Shown: piece after piece, positions 36,601-46,000 of the stretch
Layout of the letters: every line of letters starts with the position of its first letter
Numbering within the stretch: position 1 is the stretch's first letter
Notes under the pieces: generated by a model
Seen by the model: the letters and a program-made list of their open reading frames with translations, nothing else
Databases searched by the model: none
What the model was told of the DNA's origin: nothing
Made by a program: the position numbers and the translations under genes
IMG/VR virus record: IMGVR_UViG_3300032218_003786
Span: 5,717 to 69,716 of that record
From: a virus
Lineage: Duplodnaviria; Caudoviricetes
Length of the DNA: 64,000 nt
Direction: 5' to 3' (one strand)

Positions 36601-39600
36601 ACCGCTGCAATCTTTGGGACCGCGCTTGCAAAGGCAATTCAGTCAAACCCAATGATTGCAACTCTCACGTTGCTGTTCACTGCAATCTCTGGAATTGCAT
36701 CAATTCTTAATGACAAGTCAAATATGCTTGGGCAAACCCTCAGGGGATGGCTGGGAATGTTTGCTGGAGCCATTGAGTCGCTTATTGGCGTGATTGGTGA
36801 AGCAATGACGACAATTACAAAGGCCATCGGCGACGGTGCTGTGACTGGCTTTATTTCCGGCTTATCTGCTGCCCTTGCAGTTGCCGCGCCACTGCTGACA
36901 ACACTACTTGTTATGTTCACGGGCCTTTTAAAGGTTATTACCCCAATCGCCGGACCACTTGGGGTAATAATTGGATTGTTTATTGCCTTTAAGACTGCTC
37001 AGATGGCGTTCAATCTTGTCACCGTGACTCTTGCAAAGCCAATAGCCGCAATAACCTCTGCGTGGAGCAGCGCAAGCGGGGCAATGGATAACTACGCAGC
37101 AAAACTCCAGCACACAGCCTTGATGCATAGGGAACTAGAAGGGCGAAAGATTGCGGCGCAAGATTATGTGATGGGATCTGATGGCAAGCCACTTATGCGA
37201 CCTGATGCAAGTGGCAAACAGGTACCGGTTCTCAACTACGACCGCAATACGGAAAGAATATCTTCCAAGGGATATCCAGTTGATCCAAATGGTCTTTCGT
37301 CACCAGCGGAACAGGCGGCAGCCGCAGAGAGAAATGCCGCTGCCGCGCAAAAAGCCGTAAGGGCCAAGAACGATGCCTCGGATCGTGCGTCTTCCTTGTT
37401 CCGCCCGGACTTTGGCAGCCAGGGCATGGTTCTTCAGCATCAGGATCACACAATGGAAGGCCACGTATCTCCAGTCTTTAACAATGCCGGCCTAGAGGGA
37501 CTGTTCCGCGAAATGGGCAAAGGTGGCCAGCATGAGGCAATGGGCAGGGAACTTTCCAAGCAGGGACTTATTAGAATTCCTGGAATAAACGAAAAGGGTG
37601 AGGACGAAGCGGGCGTCAATGCATTTGCTACGGCCTACGGCACAAACCTTGACACATTAATGAAAATTCAAAAAGAGATGGCATGGGCGCTAACAAAGGC
37701 ATTTGAAGACGTTCAAAAAATGAGCGCAGAATATCTTGCTGCAATTGAGAGTGGCGATACGGAGGCGGCAAATGCAGTGCTCTCCAGGATCAAAGCAAGC
37801 AAGGCTGGCCAAACCGTACTTCCAATGATTGCAAGGGCAAAGGGCGCCCCTGGTTCCGAGGCAGAAAATTTCTCTGCAGCAAATATGTCTACGGCAGATG
37901 TTGCCGCTATTGCCGGAGACTTTGAACGCCAGAGCGCCCTTACGGCAAATCAGAGAGCAAACGTTCGCGACCTTCCGCAAGAGTCCGTCAAGATGCTTGT
38001 TCGTCAGTCGGCTACCGCCGTAGCGAATGGGCAAGTCGACTGGACCCCAGACGAGCAAAAGCAGAAAGATGCCGCCATCGCCGCCGCCCAGGCGAGGAGG
38101 GGCCTTGTTGGGGGGAGCGTTGGCGTACTGAAGGAGATGGCATCAAGGCTGCAGCAGACCACTGATTCCATTAGCAAGAAGTGGACTGGTTTCCTTTCAA
38201 CCCTTAGGTCCGGCGACGGCCCAATCGGAAAGACCACCAGTTGGCTGGCAAAACTCTTTACGACCGTAAGGACTGGTGGCGGCAAGTCCAACCTGCAGGA
38301 AATTGTTCAAAATAAGCAGGGTGGATACAACTTTAAGAATCAGGACGGAAGCATTGGCGGAGAGGTTTCCCAGGATGAGATTTCAGCCAGAACAACAATG
38401 AAGTGGCTAAACCCTGATGGAAAAATTGGAAAAGTCATGGGCAAACTTAACAGTTTTGCTGGGGCAGCAACAACCATTGCCGCCCTTGGCGGCGCAGCAA
38501 ACCGAGCATCAGGCAATGCAAACCCATTCGCCAGCGTTGTTGGCGGATTCCTTGGTGCAGGTGTTGAGCAAACCCTTAGCCAGAAAGCCGGAACATTCCA
38601 AGCGATGGGTCACGCAATTGGTTCTGCAACAATTGGCATGGCCGTCAGTGCCCTTATTCCAATTCCTGGAGTTGGCGCATTTATTGGCGAACTTGTTGGC
38701 GGAACTATTGGCGAAATGATTGGAAATATTGCCGATACGGCAATTCGAGGATCTGAGGCCGCAGTTCAAAAAAAGAAACAACTTGTTGCTGGGTATCAAG
38801 GCCTTGGCCTTGATCAGAAAGCGGCAGAAGATGCCGCAAACTACGACCTCAAAGTTCAAACTGCGATGGGGGAACTTAAGGGTTCGTTTGATGGACTACC
38901 AATGCTTGTTAACGACTACTTGGGGAACCTCTCAATGTCCGTGAGCGGATCAATGGATCCACAAAAACTAAATGCATCAAAAGCATTTGATACATTTATG
39001 CAGCAAGATCAAAGAATGGCAAAATACGATGAAAATAGAAACAACAAAGTAGATGTTGGGGAACTTACAACGGCGCTTAACGATTTTAATACAAAGGCAA
39101 TGGAAAAGGCTGGAGTTGGCTCTGCAAATCAAGCAACGTTATTTAAGAGGCTTGCTGACGGATCATTCATGAACAAAGAACCTATTTCTGAAAAAGATAG
39201 AGCGAATTCTCTCGCGGCAGGATATGTAGATGTTGCCTCAAAAAGAAGCATTCTAGACATAAGCGATTCTGAATTTGCGGCAAAATCTCAATCCCAAAGA
39301 GTCATTGATATGATTAATACCGCAAGCGTTGACATGGGCTACTTCTTGAAGAATTTTGGTAACGCTGCCGGCGATGGCGCGGCACCAAACGCGGCAGCAA
39401 TACAGGATTTTAAGGGTACGCAGATTGAGGCGTTTGGAACAAATAGTAAGTATGAGCAAATGCTTAATGGTATTGGCATCTCTGCTGACGAGGCAAACAA
39501 AGATAAGGCCTATATGTCTTATGCGCAGAGCGGAAAGTCTATGGCAGATATCCTTATGACAATTGAAGAAAAAAACAAACAAGGGTCTGAACTTAGCCCC

Positions 39601-42600
39601 GTTGAGCGGAAGTTGTTGCAGCACTCTAAAGAACTTGCATCAGAGTCAATCATCTCCTTCTTTGACGAGATGGGCGTTGTCTCCGAGCAATTCCGTAGCG
39701 GTATGAGCCGCGCGATGATCGCCGACCTTGGCTCAACCGAGGGCAAGGTTATGACAGAGGTGAACGGCCAGCAAGTAGTTAGCAAGGATGCATCAGGTAA
39801 GGACAAATACAAGGAAGGCTACATGGCTACCAGTGATATCTTTGGTTTCCACAAGGGTAAGGGCATCGGTGGGGACTTTGGATTTGCTGATATATACGAA
39901 ACAGAACTTAAGAAAATGGGCCGCATTGACCCAATTGACGCAATGATTGAAGCCGGAGTAATCAAGAGCGAAATGGACTTGCAAGGCAAAACGGTTAAGG
40001 AAGTTCAAGACTTGTTTAAGGCTGCAGCCAGTGTCTTTGAAGCATTTAGAAAGCGCGCAGAGGAGTTAAACCCCAAGGTCGACCTCAAAGCAAGCCGACT
40101 TGACTTGATGAATGAGTTTGGCAGGGAACTTGGCTACAAACTATTTGATCAATTTGCCTCAGCCCGAGCAAAACTTGCAAAAGATGAAAAGTCGTATAAG
40201 AAAATGGGTGGCGAAGAGGAGCAATTTAGGCTGCAGGCACTTAAGGATGCAGGATTTACATCGCTTCCAACAGTTGGGAGGGTAACTAACCGAGATCAGG
40301 TTGGCGGTCGAGATGCGGGCACGATGGCCGGCGCTGGGGGCGTAGACACATTTAATTTCATGACACAAGACGAAATAGTAAAACTAGAAAAGATGACAAC
40401 GCTAGAAAAGCAGATAGCAGACGAGCGATACAAGAAGTTCAAGGTCACAATGACCACAAGCAAATTAGACTCCGCAGATGCCGCAACTCAGAACGAAGGG
40501 AAAAAGGCTGCCGGAGAATTTGCGAGGTTTGAACAGGACCGCCATGAAGAGTTGAAAAAGATCAATGCAACACTTGCAGCAGGCGGCCAACTCAGCAGGG
40601 CGCAGCGAACCACGCTCGAAGAAGAGAAGCGTTTGCGAGATAAAATATTTGAAACTTCAGACAAGGAAGTTGACCTTGGGCAATCTCTTGCAATTCTTGA
40701 AAAGGAAGGCATTAGCATTAGCAATAAAGACCTTTTGAACAATCAGGTCTTGTTGCAGATGATTGCCAAGAAGTCAGAACTGCAAAAGCAGGCAAATGCA
40801 CTTGGGCAGACGGCAGTTTTCTGGGCCCAGAAGGAAGCGCTTGCAAAAGAACTGGCAACGCGCCTTGCCGCAAAGCAAGCCAACATTATGTTGGACACAA
40901 TGGAAATCCAGACTAAGACTTCAGCGCTTCAGGCAAAGATGATTGCGGGAACGATAACCGACGCGGAAGAACAGCGACTAACAGACGTTATGGACGCTTT
41001 CAAGAAAGAGCATCCAGAGTATCAAATAAAATACACTACAACTGGGGTTCAAGTTGTTGACAAGGAACTTCTTAACATTCAAGCCGCCTACGATAAATTG
41101 CAATTGGAAATTGATAAAAATCCATTTAAATTCTCTGACGCGGAACTTAAGACAATCAAGGACCTTATGGCAAAGGCGAGCGGCGCACTTATTAGTGGTA
41201 CCGATTCTACTGCTGCAAATGCAGCCCTCCAGAGAAGCACCGCCCTACTGCAGAACATGGCGAACATGGCACAGAAGGCGTATCAGCGCGTTCGGGATGC
41301 GCAGCAAAAAACCCACGATGAATACATTAAGCAACTTGATGATCAAAAAAAGGCGATCGATGAACGATACAAGAAGCGCTCTGATGAGAATGCAGAGAAG
41401 AACCTTATTGAGCAGATGCAACTTGCCGGCCTGGCAATGCGCTCGGATTCAGCAGATCCAATTGAAGCAGCCAAGTCTTTCAGTGACGCAAAGGCTGCGC
41501 TTGCAGAGTTCTATATCCAGAAGCAAAAAGACGATGAAATCAAGGCAATTCAAGATGAGCAGGATCGCTATAACAAGCAGTTTGAGGAAAACACCAAGGC
41601 GCAAGAAGCGGTATATAACGCAGCACTTACAAGGCTTCAGACGCGATTTGATGCAGTTGGAAAGAGCATTGCAGACGAAAAACTATCCGGTGGAAACCTT
41701 GATGACTTGCTAAGACTAACAATGAGCGGGGCGGTTCCGCAAATGTCTGGATCTGTTGAATCAAACAGTTTCATTCAAGATTACATTAAGCAAGCAAAAG
41801 AATTCAATGGAACTGGAAACCAAACTCTTGCACTTGGTGATAAAGTCGGCAATCTTACGTATGGGCAATTCTCCGCTAAAGATGAAAATGGAGCAACTTA
41901 CACTCCAGAGAAATCCCTGACGGATGGCATGCGGGAACTTACTGGTGCAATCGGAAACTTCTCTGTGTTCAAGGGCGATACTGTAGAAAGTGGTCTTCTT
42001 GCAACATTCATGAATCAGAAAATGGCCGCAGACTTAAAACTTACTGACGATAAAAAGGTGCTAACTGGCGCCGCCTCAATCAAATCTTACCTTGAATCAA
42101 TTATGCCAAAGGCTGGCGATCAAAGCAGCCTTTACACCGTATATAAAAAAGGTACTGCAGATTATGAAAATGGCCGAGAGAAGGCAGCGCTATACGACTA
42201 TGTTGCCGCACTTATGGATACAACAAATACTTTTAGCGGCGCACAGAAATTGGCAATCTTGGCGCAGCGAACACTTGAGCAAGGTTTGGATGACTTCCAA
42301 AAGGCTACAAACGTAGACATTAATGCCGCCAACCTTCTTCAGACCAGCATCCCAGATCAGATGCTCGAAACGTTTATTAAGGGCCTAGGCTCTCCCGCTA
42401 CGCAGGAGAAAGTTGATGCCCTAAAGAAACTCCTTAAGGATACGTATAGCGAAGTTCTTACCGTTCAAGATTTGGCCGACTACGAAAAGTTTGCAAACAG
42501 CACAGACTCAAGAATCGGAAATCTTACAACCACAATGAATAGTCTTGACGATGTCCTGAACCACCTTAATAATATTGTTGGGGACACAACAAAATTCACC

Positions 42601-43026
42601 AGCCTGGACAAGATTCTCTTTGGTGATTCGTACAACCCAGCCTCACCACTGACTGGGTTTGATGCTGCCACCGAACAGATTGATACCGTCACAGCCAGCA
42701 TCACCTCGATGCAGCAAGCCTTTGAGGGGACAATGTCCAGCCTTGAGGACTTTGCTAATGCCCTTACCGGCCCACTTGGTTCATTCCACCAGTTGGCCCT
42801 TGACGTTGCTGACATCAGTAAACTTGCTGCTGGAATTTCCACGGGAAATGTCTCCCCAGTAACGAACACGTTGTCGTATAATGTCCCAGTCAGCATTACC
42901 ATCAACGGCGATGCCGCAACCGACACGGCAAAGATTGCCGCAGTCGTAGAAGAAGCGGTCACAAGGGCAGTAAGAAATGCTGGCGGGTCGTACATCACGG
43001 CACCAATTGGACCGTCGGCAAGTTAG
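27688..43026 (+). CDS. Giant tape measure protein, 5112 aa
   Basis: TMP motif IANITPF...IAYALGQM...DMMQLANAGI near aa 2650; follows the G/T chaperone. Confidence 0.9.
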   Translation: MVDENQIPGGSGEEISLDFSADTALSAAEQLDQLAKSLDAAVAAFSRATSEVAGGSTDTSGLDALLSAAERLADPALAARITNTYKSISQNSEFARSSMMTASIPGGQEAIIQKQVEATKKTTTILEGELLKLREAKQAIIDAGGENVKASTDAIDKIISEISSNVLKAVQTTNAKGEATQAAISTPAAFISTIIDSAELRAAIKTLVEDASSKTISEARKIAASAASASVRRTVTLGRDTEYKDFQVEAVREVVDPATGRVETTGARAKENKAFSRRPARLFADTYQVRAEAQAARDKAAREHDEEIRRQEEESRAAAREEAAAREADRKRQIEEQNAIAANYSKGKRVDPTSAVGGKEKVAEIDKAYKERLAARSKKIEEITARVEELDAAEKSILQSITEEEKELVQTSSYTKASDVATKQEYFVSESTDPFTDKSDQEKQKEAARESISAKLKQVRELREKRLALINKSASVASESVISGMDTSAISKTTEEVLSNIVQRIADKMVEEFVAAAANSGKSVTEAQVQAFRERITSPGRELINLPPLAPNKPGEPRVKSGPNRDETEGAALIAARAELLRAQEQYPVLRATVGPADPVVKPRRKSSRAAGGEEVQDDILAPRSTARGAASIDRDLKAVEAELQAKEDVAKEIDNRRRAFAAYIRSIEASGVDASTLWSEFEAKIKKEQEDKLKSAESQFDVKQNERSGRDTSAEVSRRSKAVSSEVGLGGMNQMDLLIKVQDLIASKGGKKGETEGKTVEEIRATIAAMDEEEKKILDKIRAEEKILKEQLKALKAESKDSSYGNAVLRALGVTNRPLGKRGEGDGRVPTSFRGMQPGALFGVTGDTGEGSLKSDAEPLSGARNVPSELLYGEQIKIAKRKSSTSEVLLPETQRRIASPTQMKPAAEQIKQNLDLVAGLMGEIAGSLIDKKNADPKTLMDLRENILILISWMKSINELNLDDANLTTDQKSKLQGIKESFAALSTGEAAGALGLAVTATAPSGVLSSTIPEANRQTAGAGVGQLLLGPLIPLFAKIEQALSAYTELPTRDRAGTGKMESVGDIKITPTLEANAGDIARLAFSAQMGDAAAAEQLAVLVAEHIAKGNILAPELAGLIKDEATRAKVVAPFEQTVKTDKVESPGTYAAAGSPPQRVTGERKVLDLTTAESITAFVDAILKNEDALKQLATPGKGLPALGVDPQMIKEAQLETIEIRQKSLMWAAAAEETIAEFQAAAEHIAKMLEQASVDAKALLSSTKAARKSEENAPGVVVRSQAEGGLADNAGESGKSFAPSSPASAYAERIMFHLQKMDNDPVSGEAAVLKHRRTEGGDPLQGTRITEIKPGDELTQPVRQLLSAVANLQVEFDGRPGQGMDPKLAEILSSIPGSMEFITKALDTNRDKRGAVSSQESDLVLEILSKLGRTFSVATVNNSNAGKQAPLISGKEAGRIPFQTLVGVQHEAGKPLAEDDIALTVVQEVVRGLKLIPAAVSGITIATPEYASSNYAGFTRVTGGLDVTGTRGYDPNTTARVQPYTTLTTARTQNAPLGPEGGVDVPVPLDYLAGITAHEYGHVASVRATGRAVAAGQLDDSLFTGPKGKAALAAMGPVGEYGGSLSEAMTAARGGTRETWKPFTKQGGHARVYGEGESQTGHADKPTEQIADIVAMALGHGADNDYVARDRPAQPTTGLAALQDEARAEVEKVLAQIISPQKIAQLTGRARDRSYMPSGDAVKPGRFSKLLETVAAEQAAPEAPAPPETPAPPALPYAEPTREEYDAQNAADLKARKERAAAARKARADAKKAAAAAPAGADLLSGLVTPREAEVKAAEELGVSTEELATLSIAQTENLIRQKQAQDMAARAKADEEKLKTAGSRAKAAGAAGKAAMPGLETPMEAMVKEAAAVGLSPDEAVRVGPEVIAKKQKQATEDKIAALNAADAERAAKVAREQQARVDAARAKEEAEQKIRDERTAAAAEAAAKAKEELAKAEIAAAEAAKPKVEAGVVAAPGVSTKPATAAATKPGESLSIPAPVGADVDWVKLLEEAIKGGFSRVISLGAENRVKVVDQMGPDGNYVGGRQLDQGMEPKGKGKNWNLDINDASKDGKLEEAWIEFVRQNGQWLIKALQAGEELYLGAWATGEGASRAIAMDITTRTPLEDQAGAQAVGRRRSQDSIYRAGVPAGQEYEPIKYPEGQAPTAMSTRMVLDAKGKWVEAVAEAAVDQVQDNAQDNVEEAKLSEARQSLIDAITAKRDRLAAEAAGGSGAVGGGGGGMPPAPPVPPAGGGEDPNQVDAIVNQAIAKLGTGTNMPMLNELMAKLVAQIEQIVQSRTEHAAASGVAIDPTALRNTLLSSNVGGLNDLFKFLTNLQNVASSVKSQSQLPTVDVGDKKMQTGAAAVAFASATWLPEGLTRTQLVKIAEEFDQLGTEVSLLIQMARDGKLKIQQEVQSAAATPPGGAKPPTGGGSGGGSDGAKPVGPWGDSGLSSAPGLAIIEQSAVRLRNLSNIYRELNPQVAHLKGYTDQLSTSLQSQQKETQMLTQTMGQYMNMNTGIVNTIKSAVGRAAGFLVLQQIGREIGGVFEHLQGGILNFNQVLENTQVGFNTLFANSMVDHASSTNALVAQLNAAGTQIGFMREQTLSYKDAISLTAGAADRMVAEIRNIANITPFRFQPLVEASLKMKAFGFETSRIPGMINAISNAVAALGGNDEKIDRIAYALGQMNSAGRVYQNDMMQLANAGIAGYRMLSEKLLMDLTAMKKYSMGQLKDLPEETIAEFKRMQKEIGSASFIKSFGTSDAMIATLQDPKRAEGLIRALAKRGFLLGSTAAQAITEGMDRQYQGSADRLSKTMTGALSTIQDLSQNFMATAFEPLYKSIRDTIVQIGQFMLTSNEITVFVDQVRDKMQTFINSLKGFGPSLQRAGEVFINIFVGGFGAIMDQGTAFGGAMSGIIEKLGAGFALVGDILTNKVGRGLATAAIFGTALAKAIQSNPMIATLTLLFTAISGIASILNDKSNMLGQTLRGWLGMFAGAIESLIGVIGEAMTTITKAIGDGAVTGFISGLSAALAVAAPLLTTLLVMFTGLLKVITPIAGPLGVIIGLFIAFKTAQMAFNLVTVTLAKPIAAITSAWSSASGAMDNYAAKLQHTALMHRELEGRKIAAQDYVMGSDGKPLMRPDASGKQVPVLNYDRNTERISSKGYPVDPNGLSSPAEQAAAAERNAAAAQKAVRAKNDASDRASSLFRPDFGSQGMVLQHQDHTMEGHVSPVFNNAGLEGLFREMGKGGQHEAMGRELSKQGLIRIPGINEKGEDEAGVNAFATAYGTNLDTLMKIQKEMAWALTKAFEDVQKMSAEYLAAIESGDTEAANAVLSRIKASKAGQTVLPMIARAKGAPGSEAENFSAANMSTADVAAIAGDFERQSALTANQRANVRDLPQESVKMLVRQSATAVANGQVDWTPDEQKQKDAAIAAAQARRGLVGGSVGVLKEMASRLQQTTDSISKKWTGFLSTLRSGDGPIGKTTSWLAKLFTTVRTGGGKSNLQEIVQNKQGGYNFKNQDGSIGGEVSQDEISARTTMKWLNPDGKIGKVMGKLNSFAGAATTIAALGGAANRASGNANPFASVVGGFLGAGVEQTLSQKAGTFQAMGHAIGSATIGMAVSALIPIPGVGAFIGELVGGTIGEMIGNIADTAIRGSEAAVQKKKQLVAGYQGLGLDQKAAEDAANYDLKVQTAMGELKGSFDGLPMLVNDYLGNLSMSVSGSMDPQKLNASKAFDTFMQQDQRMAKYDENRNNKVDVGELTTALNDFNTKAMEKAGVGSANQATLFKRLADGSFMNKEPISEKDRANSLAAGYVDVASKRSILDISDSEFAAKSQSQRVIDMINTASVDMGYFLKNFGNAAGDGAAPNAAAIQDFKGTQIEAFGTNSKYEQMLNGIGISADEANKDKAYMSYAQSGKSMADILMTIEEKNKQGSELSPVERKLLQHSKELASESIISFFDEMGVVSEQFRSGMSRAMIADLGSTEGKVMTEVNGQQVVSKDASGKDKYKEGYMATSDIFGFHKGKGIGGDFGFADIYETELKKMGRIDPIDAMIEAGVIKSEMDLQGKTVKEVQDLFKAAASVFEAFRKRAEELNPKVDLKASRLDLMNEFGRELGYKLFDQFASARAKLAKDEKSYKKMGGEEEQFRLQALKDAGFTSLPTVGRVTNRDQVGGRDAGTMAGAGGVDTFNFMTQDEIVKLEKMTTLEKQIADERYKKFKVTMTTSKLDSADAATQNEGKKAAGEFARFEQDRHEELKKINATLAAGGQLSRAQRTTLEEEKRLRDKIFETSDKEVDLGQSLAILEKEGISISNKDLLNNQVLLQMIAKKSELQKQANALGQTAVFWAQKEALAKELATRLAAKQANIMLDTMEIQTKTSALQAKMIAGTITDAEEQRLTDVMDAFKKEHPEYQIKYTTTGVQVVDKELLNIQAAYDKLQLEIDKNPFKFSDAELKTIKDLMAKASGALISGTDSTAANAALQRSTALLQNMANMAQKAYQRVRDAQQKTHDEYIKQLDDQKKAIDERYKKRSDENAEKNLIEQMQLAGLAMRSDSADPIEAAKSFSDAKAALAEFYIQKQKDDEIKAIQDEQDRYNKQFEENTKAQEAVYNAALTRLQTRFDAVGKSIADEKLSGGNLDDLLRLTMSGAVPQMSGSVESNSFIQDYIKQAKEFNGTGNQTLALGDKVGNLTYGQFSAKDENGATYTPEKSLTDGMRELTGAIGNFSVFKGDTVESGLLATFMNQKMAADLKLTDDKKVLTGAASIKSYLESIMPKAGDQSSLYTVYKKGTADYENGREKAALYDYVAALMDTTNTFSGAQKLAILAQRTLEQGLDDFQKATNVDINAANLLQTSIPDQMLETFIKGLGSPATQEKVDALKKLLKDTYSEVLTVQDLADYEKFANSTDSRIGNLTTTMNSLDDVLNHLNNIVGDTTKFTSLDKILFGDSYNPASPLTGFDAATEQIDTVTASITSMQQAFEGTMSSLEDFANALTGPLGSFHQLALDVADISKLAAGISTGNVSPVTNTLSYNVPVSITINGDAATDTAKIAAVVEEAVTRAVRNAGGSYITAPIGPSAS

Positions 43027-43035
43027 GGGTAAGGA

Positions 43036-46000
43036 ATGGCCGTAAAAGTTCTCATTCAATTTAGACCTGGATATCCGCAGACTTCTTCGGCTATCCCGCC
43101 CGACACTGTCTGGGTAGATATAACGGACCGAATTGACTTTACTTCTCTCCAGTGGGACCAGCAGGCCACGGACAAAAATACATCTTTGCGCTTTGACGTA
43201 TTCACCCTGCTACCCCTCTCTTCAACACGGTATGACCAGTACGCTTCCTATTCGGCCGGGTCTGCTCCTGGCGATCCCGCCGTCGATATTGATCATCGAG
43301 TAGATGAGGCAATACACGACACAACGTTCTTTATTGATATAACTAACAGGACCGAGATTAAGTTAATCGATGGGGAAAGTGTCCTATTTGGCGGTGTTGT
43401 AAGTAACGTTGACACCGAAAGGACTGGCGCTTCACACATTATCCAACGAGTTGAGGCTCTTGACTACACAGCGCTATTGGATGAAATTGTCATTCGAGAT
43501 TACAACGCACCCAACGCATCTGACGCCCTTGGCGAACTCGCAACGTCAACTGGACTTACCAGTCAGGTAATCACCGGTGGGTCTGCGCTTATTGCCGGAC
43601 CATACACATTCAGGGTGATAGGGGCAACTGAGGGTGGGGATATTGTCAAAATCTTTACACACATTACGCAATATATATCTCCAAGCGATGTTAGCCCAGC
43701 AGACATCACAGTCACACCGCTTCGAACGATTGAGTTGAATTGGGAGCCCGTCCCTGGGGCTGATGAATTTATCATCTATGCAAAGCAAGGGATTGGAACA
43801 GCAAACCTTTACCGCCAAGGATCTACTGCTTCGACTACCTATACCTATCAACTGTCTACTACCCCTGTTACAAATACCGCAACAAGCCCTGAAAATCTAA
43901 TTCAAAAAGGAAGCATTGACGTTGATATTATTTCAGGATCTGCCGACCCGGAAAATACAAACTATCTTGGTATCTTTTCCGCAATTGATCCCGACCTAAA
44001 TCCGGGAATCAATAACGTTGATTACGTTAAACCTTCAAAGGTTTTATACGACGGATCTCCGGACCCAGATAAATCATATCGGTTTAGCCCGACGCTCGAG
44101 ACGGGCCTGATTCTTCGAAGTGGCTTTGGCGGAAAGACTATCAAGCAAGCGCTTAAAACAATCACAGACAAGACCGGTGCAATCTTCTGGGTTGACGCCA
44201 ACAAAAACCTTCACTACGCCAATAAAAAAGCACAGGAACTTGTTCAAAACCCAAGGTTTGATTCTTCTTCGTCAAACTGGACGCTTGGGGTTAATCACAC
44301 TATTTATCCTAATGGCGGTCCTTTTGGCCACGGAAACATTCTTCTTGCTTCCGAGTCTTCCTCAACAAACGAAACACAATCAGAGCCAATTCCAATTACG
44401 TCTAACACCGTCTACATGGCAAGGGCAAGGGGTTGGGCAGATGGATCATTTGAAGACAACTGGGATTGCGAAATTCAATACTACAGCGATGAGCCTGCTG
44501 AAACGTTTGCGGGTTCTCCTTCTAAACTTTATCGAACCGTTGCTTTTGACGGAGACGACGGTGAACGATGGAGTAAGACATGGGCAATTGCCAAGTCTGG
44601 CGTTAGCGCGGTATCCGCACGTCTGATAGCCAAGCGAAAGGCTGGCGCTACGGCACAATGCGCCTGGACAGACTTCTCCCTTATCGAGGTAACGGGCGAA
44701 TTTGGGTTCTCCGATAGGCCGTCTGACGTGGCCTACGCCCTTCCGCTCAAGGGCTTTGAAACCCCAAAGGCACCACGAGAGGCTTCCGGAGTTGCCAACA
44801 GGCTTCTTGTATATGGTGTTTATAAGGACCCTACCAATACAAATGAACTAGAGGCCGTTGAGTACAACGCTGGGCTTTACCTTACAAAGGCACAGGGAGG
44901 CTCCCTGGCCGCGAATACGTACTGGGTGCGCGTAGTTGCAAATACTCCAGATGGAAAGGTGTTTGTTCGATACGCAATGGAAACGATAACCGATGCTGAT
45001 GTTGCTGCGCCAACGCCAGTAAGGACATTGAGCGCCAACTGGGCATCTGTCCCAAGCGCAACTTCTTATGACATCTACGTCGGCTCAGGACGAATGTCCA
45101 TGAGACTTAAGCAGGCGGCACACAACTCAACTTCTTACACCGTATCTTCCGTTCCTGGAAATGGCGCGCAAATCTCAGGTGAACCAGATGTGTATTACTA
45201 CAAGGTCTACGACTTTGCTCCAGGCCTGTGGGAGAGCGGCGGCAAGGTTATTGAGGCAACGTTGAACGATCAACTTGTTGACTCCGAGGAAAAGGCGCAG
45301 ACACGAGCCTTGTCGTTCTGGGAAGAGAAGGGCATTGCAATGCGTACGTGGGAGTTTGATCACCTTGAAGAGGCGCCACGCGTAGGAACAGTTATCCCAT
45401 TTATTTGGGAGGCAGACGATGTTGCTGAGCCACTCATTGTTAAGGGAGTTAAGGGCAAATTCCTTGGCGATAGAATTTATTGGACAACAACGCTTGGTAG
45501 CGACCCATCGCTAATTAAGAAGGGCGTAACGCAAATCTTTTCGGACCTTAAACAGGCAACTTTGCGACTTAATGACACGATTCCGCCACAGCGCCCGCAG
45601 TCACTTTCCGTTGCCGCGCCGTCAGGATCGCTTATCCAGACACCGGACGGAGTATCTAGGGCAACAGTAGTTGCAGACTGGACACCAAGCCCAGAAGATG
45701 ACTTCTCACATTACGTTGTGCAGTACGGATACGATTCAAACTTTGCTAATACTCAGTCAATCAATGTTAACCAAACGACAAACGTTCAATCTCGGTCAAC
45801 TGGGGAAAAGGCAAAGGTAACCCATTCATTCCAGGCCGAACCAGGAAAGCGCTTGTACTACCGAGTAGCGGCAAAGGATAGGACGGGTAACCAGTCGGAC
45901 TTTACTGACTCTGTCATCGATCTCCCTGCCGACACGACCGCTCCAGATGCCCCTACGAACGTCCAGGTGACCGCAAGCCTCAAGTCCATGGCAATTACCT

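Noticed and set aside
27939-42998. Many antisense ORFs inside the tape measure and other long genes
   Set aside because: Shadow ORFs of codon-biased genes, with Ser/Ala/Phe-rich mirror composition and no RBS.
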